From Longimicrobiales bacterium (GTDB lineage: Bacteria; Gemmatimonadota; Gemmatimonadetes; Longimicrobiales; Gaopeijiaceae): a stretch of DNA of 64,000 bases. Shown here piece by piece: positions 1 through 10,082 of this stretch; position 1 is the stretch's first letter; each line of letters begins with the position of its first letter. The notes beneath the pieces are model-generated. The model was not told the origin of the DNA. It worked only from the letters and a program-made list of their open reading frames with translations, and made no database searches. The position numbers were made by a program, and so were the translations under genes. The DNA lies in the NCBI GenBank assembly GCA_965249725.1, contig CBDFMQ010000002.1, forward strand, positions 2,896,750 through 2,960,749. Reading direction: 5' to 3'.

Positions 1-1
1 C

Positions 2-703
2 ATGATGCCCGCGATCTCCGCGGTCGAGCGAGGATTCCCCATCGCGCCTCCACGATCACCACGCCGATCCAACCCGACCCCCGACTCCGTGATTCAGCCC
101 GAGGAGATGATCCGGATCGGCAAGGAGCACGGGGTGCCGGTCATGGTCGACATGGCATCCGACCTGCCCCCATGGGAGAATGTGCACCGGTTCATCGATC
201 TCGGCGCAGACCTCGTGGTCATCAGCGGTGGTAAGGGCATCCTCGGGCCTCAGTCCACGGGAATCCTGGCGGGCCGGGCCGACCTCATCCGGGCGGCGCG
301 GATGCAGAACGCCCCGAACGACTACATCGGGCGTGGGTTCAAGGTGGGCAAGGAGGAGATCATCGCGCTCGTCGTTGCGTTGGAACGAGCGGTCACCCTG
401 GATCAGGACGCCGAGATCGCTGGCTGGAACGATCGGGCCCAGTGGGTGGCGGACCAACTACAGGATATTCCCGGAGTCGACGCCCGGTACGAGATGAACA
501 ACGGGGGCTACGCCGACGTGGATCTCACCCTGGACGAATCGGTGGTCGGGATGGACGCCCGCGAACTCAAGAGCCGGCTCAAAGAGGGCTCGCCCAGCAT
601 CGTCTACGACGGGGCCACCGTCCGGACACGGCAGCTGCGTTCCGGTGAGGAACAGTTGGTGGCTCGACGGCTCAGAGAGGTGCTTTCGGGAGCGAGTTCG
701 TAA
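2..703 (+). CDS. PLP-dependent SelA/DgaE-family enzyme (C-terminal part; N-terminus uncertain at window edge)
   Basis: VMVDMASD and ISGGKGILGPQSTGILAGR PLP-lysine motif; IGRGFKVGKEEI. Confidence 0.75.
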   Translation: MMPAISAVERGFPIAPPRSPRRSNPTPDSVIQPEEMIRIGKEHGVPVMVDMASDLPPWENVHRFIDLGADLVVISGGKGILGPQSTGILAGRADLIRAARMQNAPNDYIGRGFKVGKEEIIALVVALERAVTLDQDAEIAGWNDRAQWVADQLQDIPGVDARYEMNNGGYADVDLTLDESVVGMDARELKSRLKEGSPSIVYDGATVRTRQLRSGEEQLVARRLREVLSGASS

Positions 704-758
704 TCCGCCGGTGAGCTCCTGGCTCGTCGGGGCGCCGTCGCTTACGCCTCCAACACAT

Positions 759-1883
759 TCATGGACTGTCGGCGGCATTCTCCGTGGACTGGTCCGCCAC
801 GGACGCTTCAAACGCCTCGCGCACACGCCCGACGTAGCGTAGGAACCCCGGCAGCTGCTCGACCCTCAGTGCCTGCGGGCCGTCACAGAGGGCGACCTCT
901 CTATGCGGGTGAAAGTCGACGAGGACGCTGGACGCTCCGGCGATCACACCCTGCCCCGCCGCGTGGAACACATCGGGAATCCCGTCCACCGCCTCATCCA
1001 CTGATCCGACGCTATGCGACGGGTCGACGCACACGGGAAGTCTCGTCTTGCGGCGCGCGACCGGCACATGGGCGAAGTCCACCAGGTTGCGGTGTGGGTC
1101 GCCGAGATGCGTCTTCACCCCCCGCAGGCAAAAGATGATGCGCGGGTTGCCCTCACTGGCGATGTACTCGCAGGCGTTGAGCGACTCCTCGAGCGTGATA
1201 CCCATCCCCCTCTTGAAGAGCACGGGAAAGCGTTCCTGCTGGCCGACCACCTTCAGCAGCTCGAAGTTCTGCGCGTTGCGCGTGCCTACCTGAAGCACCA
1301 CCCCCGTTGGATCGCCGGCGTCCGCCAAGGCCTCGTTGATCTCGTCGATCTGGCGCCCGTCCGTCACCTCCATCGCCACCGCCCGCATGCCGTACTGTCC
1401 GGCCAGTTCGAAGACATAAGGGAGGCAGTCCTTGCCAAGCCCCTGGAAGTCGTACGGGTTGGTCCGCGGCTTGTAGGCACCCATTCGGGTGGTGACGAGG
1501 CCCTCGCGCTGAAGAGCCGCCATCATGAGCTCCACATGCTCTCTCGTATCAACCGCGCACAGGCCCGCGAAGATCGTCAGCTGCTCGTCGCTGAACTGAA
1601 CCCCGTTGTACTCGAACCCAGCGGTCTCCGTGGCATGGTGTCGTCCGATCAACCGATAGCGGGTAGAGACCCGCACCACCCGCAGGACGCCCGGGATCTC
1701 CGCGAACTGCTGGGTCGGCACTCCTCTCGTGGGGCCGACCAGGTGGATCTCGGTGAACGTGTGCCCGGTGCCGCTGTGTGAGTACGGTCGGGTCTCGATG
1801 CCTTCGAACCGGTCGGCCACCTGGACCACCGTGCGGACAATGGCCTCTTGGTCCTCCCAGTCCGGGTGGAGCACGATGATCAT
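759..1883 (-). CDS. aroF: 3-deoxy-7-phosphoheptulonate (DAHP) synthase, type I-beta
   Basis: AGLCAVD, MGAYKPRTNPYDFQG, QVGTRNAQNFELL, VDPSHS, CDGPQAL motifs; N-terminal regulatory domain. Confidence 0.9.
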   Translation of the reverse strand: MIIVLHPDWEDQEAIVRTVVQVADRFEGIETRPYSHSGTGHTFTEIHLVGPTRGVPTQQFAEIPGVLRVVRVSTRYRLIGRHHATETAGFEYNGVQFSDEQLTIFAGLCAVDTREHVELMMAALQREGLVTTRMGAYKPRTNPYDFQGLGKDCLPYVFELAGQYGMRAVAMEVTDGRQIDEINEALADAGDPTGVVLQVGTRNAQNFELLKVVGQQERFPVLFKRGMGITLEESLNACEYIASEGNPRIIFCLRGVKTHLGDPHRNLVDFAHVPVARRKTRLPVCVDPSHSVGSVDEAVDGIPDVFHAAGQGVIAGASSVLVDFHPHREVALCDGPQALRVEQLPGFLRYVGRVREAFEASVADQSTENAADSP

Positions 1884-1970
1884 ACGAAGTTCCTGTTACA
1901 GGGTTCGGACGGGTAGCGCGTGAAATACGACTAGAGGAAGGTAAGGTGTCTCCCCGCTCCGTCGAGTGAT

Positions 1971-2141
1971 TTAATCGTGGTACCCAGTTCGCTCGACCGG
2001 GTGAAACATGATCTCTATCGGGAGAATCGTCACCGCGGCGAGTATGTTGAAGAAGTCGTGGACGGTGGCAGCCGCGAATGCCCGCTCGAATTCTGCCGCG
2101 CGAGTCACATGCCCGACGGACACGATGGTGGGGTGGGTCAC
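1971..2141 (-). pseudogene. Fragment of Na+/phosphate cotransporter (NptA-like)
   Basis: Manual translation VTHPTIVSVGHVTRAAEFERAFAAATVHDFFNILAAVTILPIEIMFHPVER resembles the conserved EF.RAF..ATVHDFFN motif; only 56 codons. Confidence 0.7.
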
Positions 2142-2428
2142 GCGGCAACCGTCATCGGCACTCCGTCACGCTGGGACCGTTCTCAATAGAGGTGTCTGGG
2201 CTGTCTTATGACTCTGCTCCGTATCAGATCCGACCGGCGGATCAAGATGTCGGCCCTGGATGTCACCCGCGAGCACATCGCCCTGCTGGTCCCAGGGGTG
2301 AAGGGGCGCCACCGCACCTTGCTCCCGCATTAGTGGTGCGCCATCCTGACTTCGGATCACGGCCTCGCGTCCATGATTCGGAGTACCGCTCCCGCGCTGT
2401 ACAACAGGTCACCACCCGGAGGATCTTC

Positions 2429-4048
2429 ATGCGTCGCCCATCAGTGTCCCTCCTCGCCCTAGTGTCCCTACTGGCCGTCGGACTCATGGTCACCCCGAGG
2501 CTATCCGCGCAGGAAGTCGATTCGCGGCTCGAGGACCTCAAGGAAGAGGTCCTCGAGAAGGTACAGGGCCAGGCCAAGCTCGTTCAGGAGATCGTCGACC
2601 ACCTGTTCTCCTTCGGTGAACTGGGCATGCAGGAGTTCGAGACACAGCGGTATCTCACGGGAATACTCGAGGAGAATGGCTTCGAGATCGAGTTGGGGGT
2701 GGCCGGCATGCCTAGCGCCTGGACGGCGCGCTGGGGCTCGGGTAGTCCGGTAATCGCGTTGGGGTCCGACGTGGACGGGATTCCCCAGTCCAACCAGAAG
2801 CCCGGCGTGGGTTACCGCGAGGCCATCCTCTCGATGGCACCGGGACACGGGGAGGGCCACAACTCCGGCCAGGCCGTGAACATCGTCGCGGCGTTGGCCG
2901 TGAAGGAGATCATGGAGCGGGAGGGCATCTCGGGTACGCTCCTGATCTGGCCGGGCATCGCTGAGGAGCAGTTGGGCTCGAAGGCCTACTTCGTGAGGGA
3001 CGGCGTGTTCGACGGAGTGGACGTCAACCTCTTCACGCACGTGAGTTCGAGCTTCGGCATGACCTGGGGACAGAGCGGGGGCAACGCGCTGATCTCCGCT
3101 CAGTTCAGCTTCACGGGCGCGACCGCCCACTCGGCCGGTTCGCCCTGGCGAGGTCGCTCCGCGCTCGACGCGGTCATGCTGATGGCGCAGGCGTGGGAGT
3201 TCAAGCGCGAGCACCTCCGTCCAGCCGCGCGCTCGCACTACATCATCGTCGAGGGTTGCGATCAGCCGAACGTGGTGCCTCAGCAGGCGAAGATCTGGTT
3301 CTACTTCCGAGAGAAGAACTACGAGCTGACCAAGGAGCAGTACGATGCTGCGATCTTGATGGCCGAGGGCGCGGCACTCATGACCGGTACCGAAATCGAC
3401 ACCATCCAAATCGTGGGATCGGCCTGGAGCCGCCACTTCAGCAAGCCAGTGGCGGAGGCTACCTACGCGAACATTCAGCGAGTCGGGCTGCCCGAATGGG
3501 ACGAATCAGACGCCCAACTGGCGAACGCGCTACAGACCGAGTTGGGAGTGGAGGTCCGAGGGCTCCCCGATTCGATCGGCGAGCTCCGAGGTCCGGTCGA
3601 TCTCTCCCAATCGCTGGGCGGCGGCTCAGACGACATCGGAGACGTGTCCTGGAATATGCCTACGGTCACCCTGCGCTACCCCGCCAACATCCCCGGCGGG
3701 CCGGGTCACAACTGGGCCAACGGCATCGCCATGGCCACGCCCATCGCCCACAAGGGGTCGTTGGCTGGGGCCAAGGTTCAGGCGCTCACGCTGCTGGACC
3801 TGATGCTGAATCCGGCGATCGTGACCGATGCTTGGGCCTACTTCAACGACGTCCAGACCGCGGAGGAGGAGTACATCCCCTTCATCTCGGAAACCGACGA
3901 ACCGGCCATCTTCCTGAACGAAGACATCATGGCGAGGTGGCGGCCGCTGATGCGGGAGTACTACTACGACGCGTCCCGATTCGACACGTACCTGGAGCAG
4001 TTGGGCATCGAGTATCCGACGGTGAAGGCGAAGCCGATCACGGAGTGA
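2429..4048 (+). CDS. Secreted M20 amidohydrolase (AbgB-like)
   Basis: Signal peptide; ELGMQEFET, GHGEGHNS, AEEQ, GGSDDIGDVSW; ATG 2429 after GGAGGA. Confidence 0.85.
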   Translation: MRRPSVSLLALVSLLAVGLMVTPRLSAQEVDSRLEDLKEEVLEKVQGQAKLVQEIVDHLFSFGELGMQEFETQRYLTGILEENGFEIELGVAGMPSAWTARWGSGSPVIALGSDVDGIPQSNQKPGVGYREAILSMAPGHGEGHNSGQAVNIVAALAVKEIMEREGISGTLLIWPGIAEEQLGSKAYFVRDGVFDGVDVNLFTHVSSSFGMTWGQSGGNALISAQFSFTGATAHSAGSPWRGRSALDAVMLMAQAWEFKREHLRPAARSHYIIVEGCDQPNVVPQQAKIWFYFREKNYELTKEQYDAAILMAEGAALMTGTEIDTIQIVGSAWSRHFSKPVAEATYANIQRVGLPEWDESDAQLANALQTELGVEVRGLPDSIGELRGPVDLSQSLGGGSDDIGDVSWNMPTVTLRYPANIPGGPGHNWANGIAMATPIAHKGSLAGAKVQALTLLDLMLNPAIVTDAWAYFNDVQTAEEEYIPFISETDEPAIFLNEDIMARWRPLMREYYYDASRFDTYLEQLGIEYPTVKAKPITE

Positions 4049-4103
4049 GCGCAGGGTAGGACCCTGCGGCGAGAGCGCGGACGCTCACCGACGGCGAGAT
4101 CGG

Positions 4104-4913
4104 CTACCAGCGCCTGACCGTCCACTCCCGTGCCAATCGCTGGGCCTCCGCGATCTGATCGGGAGTCATGCGCTCCGCGATCGCATCTCGGTTCCTCGAT
4201 GCGATCCGACTTCCTTGAGCCGCGGATAGGTCGTACCACATGTACGCGTAGACCCGGTCTCGAGGTACGCCCTCACCGTTCTCGTACAGCACACCCAGAT
4301 TCGACTGAGCCGACCGGTACCCCTGCTCCGCCGAGAGCCGGTACAAACGGGCCGCCTGGAAGTCGTCCTCAGGCACACCTTCGCCGGCGTCGTACATGGC
4401 CCCGAGGTTGTACTGAGCACGGGCGAAGCCTTGCTCCGCCGACAGTTGGTACCAGCGGATCGCCTCGGTGTTGTCCTCGGGCAGACCTTCACCGCGATCG
4501 TACTTGACCCCGAGGTTGTACTGGCCTTGGGCATGCCCCTGCTCGGCGGCCAACCGATACCAGCGCACGGCCTCGACATCGTCCTTGGGCACCCCCTCGG
4601 CCTTATCGTACATCAGTCCGAGGTTCGTTTGGGCGGGGGCGAAGCCTTGGTCCGCGGCCTTCCGATACCACCCGACCGCTTGGGCATCGTCCTCCGGCAC
4701 GCCGTCTCCGTTGTCGTAGCGAATGCCGAGGGTGTTCTGGGCGGGAGCGTTCCCGACAATGCCGCACGTTAGCAGAATATCCATCGGCCAGTCGGGCGTC
4801 GCGTTCACGCACGGCTCCGGAGGGTCTTGGCTCGAGGCGCCCTGAGGAACGATGAAGACGAGTCCAAGTATGCCCAAAGACCACAAGCAGAGTGCGCCTG
4901 CGCGATTGATCAT
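4104..4913 (-). CDS. Secreted Sel1-like repeat protein
   Basis: Five AQxNLGxxYxxGxGVPxDxxxAxxWYxxAAxQG repeats; signal peptide. Confidence 0.92.
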   Translation of the reverse strand: MINRAGALCLWSLGILGLVFIVPQGASSQDPPEPCVNATPDWPMDILLTCGIVGNAPAQNTLGIRYDNGDGVPEDDAQAVGWYRKAADQGFAPAQTNLGLMYDKAEGVPKDDVEAVRWYRLAAEQGHAQGQYNLGVKYDRGEGLPEDNTEAIRWYQLSAEQGFARAQYNLGAMYDAGEGVPEDDFQAARLYRLSAEQGYRSAQSNLGVLYENGEGVPRDRVYAYMWYDLSAAQGSRIASRNRDAIAERMTPDQIAEAQRLAREWTVRRW

Positions 4914-5024
4914 CGGTGTACTACCCTTGAAATCCGGATGCTCCTAATGGTACTGCCATAACCGTTTTCGAGCACATTCGGCGGATTCCGCTTCTAGCCG
5001 GGTGGTACCTCGGGACGGGGGTCG

Positions 5025-5405
5025 CTAACAGGGCGCATACATAGCCAGGCTCTCGATCTCCTCCATCACCTGAGACAGCAGGTCGCCGGGCTCCTGCTCG
5101 TCCCGGTTCTCCAGCCAGGTCCCGCAACGCTCTCCATCCAGCAGCTCGCCCTGATACCGGATCCGCCCGTTCGAGAAGTACACCGTCATCTCACCGTTCC
5201 AGCGCCCATTCTCCAGAAATCCGCTGAACTGGATGGCATCAGGGTCATCCTCGAACGGCTTGAAGACACTCCCGCTGAAGGGCTCCATCGTTTCCTGATC
5301 GAAGTACACGCTGTCCTGCAGGACGAGCTGTGCGATGTCGCTCGGCGGGCCGGCGCAGCCGAGGGAAAACGCGACGAGAACGACGAGGAAGTTCCGCAGA
5401 CTCAC
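5025..5405 (-). CDS. Lipoprotein with MORN/YwqK-like repeat
   Basis: Lipobox SLGC; NGRWNGEMTVYFSNGRIRYQGELLDGERCGTW. Confidence 0.6.
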   Translation of the reverse strand: MSLRNFLVVLVAFSLGCAGPPSDIAQLVLQDSVYFDQETMEPFSGSVFKPFEDDPDAIQFSGFLENGRWNGEMTVYFSNGRIRYQGELLDGERCGTWLENRDEQEPGDLLSQVMEEIESLAMYAPC

Positions 5406-5499
5406 GGTTTAACCACCCATTCCATGACGTTTCCCACCCCTTCACCACCCCCTAACTTGGCAGATCACTTCGTCCCATATGCAATAGGAAGATAGAGCC

Positions 5500-8400
5500 A
5501 TGTTCGCCAATCGGTTCCTCCTGTTTGTTTCGGTGCCTGTCGCCCTCGGCACTCTCCTGGCTTCGCACCCAACCGACCTCTCCGCCCAGCAGCCCACGGC
5601 CACCACCGTGGTCCTCGATTCGGCGTTCCTGGCCGGCTACCGATGGCGCAACCTCGGTCCCGACCGTGGAGGGCGGTCCATCGCGGTAAGCGGTGTGATC
5701 GGCCGGCCCGACGAGGGCTACTTCGGCGCGGTGGGCGGCGGTCTCTGGAAGACCATCGACGGTGGCGAGAACTGGGGTTCGGTCACCGACTTCCAGATCA
5801 CATCGGCGTCCGTAGGCGCGGTGGCGGTGAGCGAGACCAACCCCGACCTCGTCTTCATCGGCACGGGCGAGACCTGCATACGCGGAAATATCATGCCGGG
5901 GGACGGCGTGTACCGAAGCACCGATGCGGGTGATACCTGGGAGCATGTGGGCTTCAGGGAGTCCCACGGGATTTCGAAGGTCCGCATCCACCCCACCAAT
6001 CCGGACATCGTGTACGTCGCCTCGTTCGGTAAGTACAGCGCGCCCAGCGAGGAGCGCGGGGTGTTCAAGAGCACCGACGGGGGAGACAGCTGGGAGCGCG
6101 TTCTCTTCCGCAACGACGAGACGGGCGCCATCGACCTCGTGATCGATCGCAACGACCCGGACGTCTTGTACGCCTCGCTGTGGGAGGCGTACCGCAAGGA
6201 ATACCAGATGTCTTCCGGCGGTCCAGGCAGCGGAATGTTCAAGAGCACGGACGGCGGGGATACCTGGACGGAGATCACCCGCAACCCGGGCATGCCCCAG
6301 GAGGGTCTCGTGGGCCGCATCGGCCTCGCGGTGTCCAGCGCGAACTCGAACCGCGTGTACTCGTTGTTCGAGAACGACGACGGCGGCCTGTTCCGGAGCG
6401 ACGACGCGGGAGAGACGTGGGAGCTCGTGAACGACAACCGGGCCATCCGCCAGCGCGCCTTCTACTACACGCACGTCTTCGCCGATCACCAGGACGAAGA
6501 TGTGGTCTACATGCAGAACACGTCGCTCTTCCGCTCCGAGGACGGCGGCGAGACGTACGAGACCATCAACAACGGGACCCACGGGGACTTCCACGACTTC
6601 TGGATCGATCCGGACGACCCGACGCACCTGATCGTCGGCAACGACGGCGGTGGGGCCGTAAGCACCAACACCGGCGACAAGTGGACCGACCAGGAGTTCT
6701 CTACCTCGCAGTTCTACCACGCCGTCACCACGGCCCACGTGCCCTTCCACGTCTGCGGATCCCAGCAGGACAACAGCACGCTGTGCCTGCCGTCGACCTG
6801 GAACGCCGGTCGGTACGGCTTCAGCGCCGCGGGACCCGGGCGAGGCACCCCGCCGGCCAGCATCACCGAGGGATCGATGAACGTGGCCTACCGCGCGGGC
6901 GGCGGTGAGCCGGGCTACATCGCGCCGGACCCGAAGGACCTCAACATCTTCTTCTCCGGGACGAACAACGGGCGCTACGTCGACAAGTTCAATCGCAGCC
7001 TCGGGACGTCTCGTGAAGTAAACCCCTACCCGTGGTTCTACTCGGGAGAGCCGGCGGCCGATCTGGTCGAGCGCTGGCAGTGGACGTTCCCGATCCTGTT
7101 CTCGCCGATCGACCCCAACACGCTGTACACGTCGTCCCAGCGCCTGTGGCGGACGACGAACGGTGGCAGGACCTGGGACGCCCTTAGCGGCGATCTCACC
7201 CGTGCCGACCCGATGACCCTGCAGCACTCCGGCGGACCCATCACGGGAGACATGAACGGACCCGAGGTCTACGCGACCATCTTCGCAGTCGGACCGGGCC
7301 GCGTGGATATCGACGTCATCTGGACCGGCTCCGACGACGGCCTGGTCCACGTCACGGCCGACGGCGGCGCGAACTGGACCAACGTCACCCCGCCGGACAT
7401 GCCCGACTTCGGCCGCGTGAGCCAGATCGACGCGTCGCCCTTCGGTGCCGGTGGCGCCTACGTGTCCGTGCGTCGCCCGCTTCTCGACGACTTCTCTCCG
7501 TACATCTGGAAGACCAACGATTACGGTCGCACGTGGACCAAGATCGTTTATGGCATCCGCGAGGACGCCTACGTCCACGCGGTTCGTGCCGACCCGAACC
7601 GTGAGGGACTCCTTTATGCGGGCACGCAGCACGGCGTATACGTCTCGTATGACGACGGCGCCCACTGGCAGGAGCTGAACCCCAACCTGCCCGACATCCC
7701 GGTCGTGGACGTGATCGCAGAGCAGAACGAGTTGGTGATCGGGACGCACGGGCGGGGCTTCTGGGTGCTCGATAACGCCGCACCCATCCGGCAGGCCGCG
7801 CCGAACATGACGTCCGAGGCGATGACGTTGTTCGAACCGTCCGTCGCCTATCGATCCGCCAACGGCGTGACACTGAGTTGGTGGTTCAGCGAGGCGCCAG
7901 AGACGGCCTTGCTGGAGATCCTGGACGCGTCAGGTGACGTGATCCGGACCTTCGAGCCGGAGGTGGAGCGCGCCGACAGCACGGAGGAGCGAGACCGCTG
8001 GGCTCCGCCCACGATGCCCACCGAGGCCGGGCTGAACTTCGTACAGTGGAACCTGCAGACCACTCCGGCCGTGACGTTCCCCGGCATGATCCTGTGGGGT
8101 GTGCGCAACTTGGCTCCTGTGGCGCCTCCGGGGCAGTACACGGTGCGTTTGAGCGCTGACGGTCGGACTCAGACGGCTCCGCTATCCATTCAGCGCCACC
8201 CGTGGATCACCGACGTCACCGACGCAGACCTTCAGTCGCAGTACGTGTTCGGTCGTCGCGTTCGAGACAAGGTGAACGAGGCCAATGAGGCGGTCATCGC
8301 CATCCGGCGGGTGAAGGCGCAGTTGGACGATCGGCTGGAGCAGTCGGACGACGGACGACTGGCGGAGGCGGGCGAGACGCTGACCACCAACGCATCGGAG

Positions 8401-8697
8401 GTGGAAGCGAACATCTACCAGGTTAGAAACCGGAGCGGGCAGGACCCCCTGAACTTTCCCATCAAGGTGAACAACCGGCTCGCGAACCTGTTGTCCATGT
8501 CCGAGCGGGGGGATGGGCAGCCCATGAACAACATGGAAGAGATCTTCCAGATTCTCGTGGACGAACTGCGGGGGTATACGGACCGCCTGGAAGAAGTCTG
8601 GGAGACGGATCTCGAAGACGTGAACCGGGAGCTGGAGCGCCTGGGACTGGAGCCGCTCGATCCGCGGGACGAGGGAACGCAGCTGATCTCGGAGTAG
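5500..8697 (+). CDS. Secreted BNR/Asp-box repeat (VPS10/sialidase-like) glycosyl hydrolase
   Basis: WRNLGPDRGGRS and many SxDGGxTW Asp-box repeats; 1065 aa. Confidence 0.88.
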   Translation: MFANRFLLFVSVPVALGTLLASHPTDLSAQQPTATTVVLDSAFLAGYRWRNLGPDRGGRSIAVSGVIGRPDEGYFGAVGGGLWKTIDGGENWGSVTDFQITSASVGAVAVSETNPDLVFIGTGETCIRGNIMPGDGVYRSTDAGDTWEHVGFRESHGISKVRIHPTNPDIVYVASFGKYSAPSEERGVFKSTDGGDSWERVLFRNDETGAIDLVIDRNDPDVLYASLWEAYRKEYQMSSGGPGSGMFKSTDGGDTWTEITRNPGMPQEGLVGRIGLAVSSANSNRVYSLFENDDGGLFRSDDAGETWELVNDNRAIRQRAFYYTHVFADHQDEDVVYMQNTSLFRSEDGGETYETINNGTHGDFHDFWIDPDDPTHLIVGNDGGGAVSTNTGDKWTDQEFSTSQFYHAVTTAHVPFHVCGSQQDNSTLCLPSTWNAGRYGFSAAGPGRGTPPASITEGSMNVAYRAGGGEPGYIAPDPKDLNIFFSGTNNGRYVDKFNRSLGTSREVNPYPWFYSGEPAADLVERWQWTFPILFSPIDPNTLYTSSQRLWRTTNGGRTWDALSGDLTRADPMTLQHSGGPITGDMNGPEVYATIFAVGPGRVDIDVIWTGSDDGLVHVTADGGANWTNVTPPDMPDFGRVSQIDASPFGAGGAYVSVRRPLLDDFSPYIWKTNDYGRTWTKIVYGIREDAYVHAVRADPNREGLLYAGTQHGVYVSYDDGAHWQELNPNLPDIPVVDVIAEQNELVIGTHGRGFWVLDNAAPIRQAAPNMTSEAMTLFEPSVAYRSANGVTLSWWFSEAPETALLEILDASGDVIRTFEPEVERADSTEERDRWAPPTMPTEAGLNFVQWNLQTTPAVTFPGMILWGVRNLAPVAPPGQYTVRLSADGRTQTAPLSIQRHPWITDVTDADLQSQYVFGRRVRDKVNEANEAVIAIRRVKAQLDDRLEQSDDGRLAEAGETLTTNASEVEANIYQVRNRSGQDPLNFPIKVNNRLANLLSMSERGDGQPMNNMEEIFQILVDELRGYTDRLEEVWETDLEDVNRELERLGLEPLDPRDEGTQLISE

Positions 8698-8748
8698 TCG
8701 ACGAGGAGTCGCTCCCCTCGAACCCCGGTGGGGTGCGGAGGGGAGCCT

Positions 8749-9774
8749 CTACCGGGGTGCGACGATCATCGGTTGAACGCTGAACCGGTCGGGATCTTCC
8801 GCCGACACCGTGATCAACACCCAATGCATGAAGGGATGACCGAACGTCTCGACCCGGGTCAGGTTCGTGGTCATCTCGCCCGTCACGTTGTTCGAGAACG
8901 GCTTGTCGACCGTGTATGTGTGCGAATCACCGTGCATCACGAGTACTGGTCCGTCGAACGCGTCGGCCTCGTCGCGTAGGGTCTCCAGGAACTCGGAATA
9001 GGCCGGACGCGCCTCCCCCCGTTTGAAACTGTCCCATCCCGGGTTGGCATGTATCACCACCACGACGCTCTCTAGTCCCTCCGCTCGAGCCGTCTCGAAC
9101 GACTGCCGCATCCAGGTGATGTCGGCCGCGTTCCGCTCGACGAATTCGGCCCTGGGATCGGCCTCCGACCCGAGGTTGTTTCCACCGCCTACCACATGGA
9201 GCGTGAGGTAGAGGTCGTCGCGGAAGCGCCAACGGGTGTTCTCTCGGAATCTCTCGAATCCGGCGCTGTCGCTCTGCCGTTCCAGCGGGAGCTTACGGCC
9301 GCCGAGAGATTCGCCTCCCTGGGTAAAGACCTCGCGGAGCGCCTCAAGCTGCTCCATCGGATCCAGGCCCGCCCTGTCGCACTCGAGCCATTCGTTGTCA
9401 CCAAACGTGAGAAAGACAGGATGGCGAAGTGCTTCGAACTCGGCGTAACGAGCGGCATAGACCGAATCCGCACAGACGAGTGAGCTGTTGAGATCACCCA
9501 CGTGAACGACGAATTCCACGTCGGCCGCATCGATCTCCTGCAGCACCGCCGCGTACTGCGCGGCCACGAACTCGGGGGGGAGGGGCGCAGTGGGCGACGC
9601 GTAGTAGGGCATGTCGCCGACCAAGGCAAACTGGTAGATGCTGGGCGCTTCGACAGGGGGCCCCTCGGCCGGCACGCATGAAGCGCATGCGAGAACGATG
9701 ACGATCCCGAGGATAGGCGGCTGGACGCGGCGGGCGCGCTCCGCCGCCGCGAAGTCAACGTGCCAATCAAACAT
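8749..9774 (-). CDS. Metallophosphoesterase-family lipoprotein
   Basis: GDMPY, HVGD, GDNEW, HGDSH motifs. Confidence 0.75.
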   Translation of the reverse strand: MFDWHVDFAAAERARRVQPPILGIVIVLACASCVPAEGPPVEAPSIYQFALVGDMPYYASPTAPLPPEFVAAQYAAVLQEIDAADVEFVVHVGDLNSSLVCADSVYAARYAEFEALRHPVFLTFGDNEWLECDRAGLDPMEQLEALREVFTQGGESLGGRKLPLERQSDSAGFERFRENTRWRFRDDLYLTLHVVGGGNNLGSEADPRAEFVERNAADITWMRQSFETARAEGLESVVVVIHANPGWDSFKRGEARPAYSEFLETLRDEADAFDGPVLVMHGDSHTYTVDKPFSNNVTGEMTTNLTRVETFGHPFMHWVLITVSAEDPDRFSVQPMIVAPR

Positions 9775-10082
9775 GGAGTCTCCCTATTCGTCGGTCAGCC
9801 TCTTCGCGAGAGGGCCCGTCGGTGAATTGAGGTCTAACTCCATGCTCATGCAACGGCGGCGCGCCGTTTCACGGAACGGCCCAGGACGTTCCAAGAGCGG
9901 TTTCATGAAACGCCGAACCGGCCGGAGACCGCCTCTCTACCAGCCCTAAGTCGTTCGAGGACAATGTGTTCAGCTCCAAGAGCTCCGGTGCTCCAATCCG
10001 GAACGAGGATTGCATTGAGCGAGTGCATTCGAAGGTTCGGGCATCCGGCTCGGACCCGTACCGCGTGTTCAGGAGGAGTCCC

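Noticed and set aside
5452..7749. Long antisense ORF of 765 aa (similarly 36094..37551, 46214..47788, 45235..46497)
   Set aside because: Antisense shadows of well-supported genes in high-GC DNA; no motifs.
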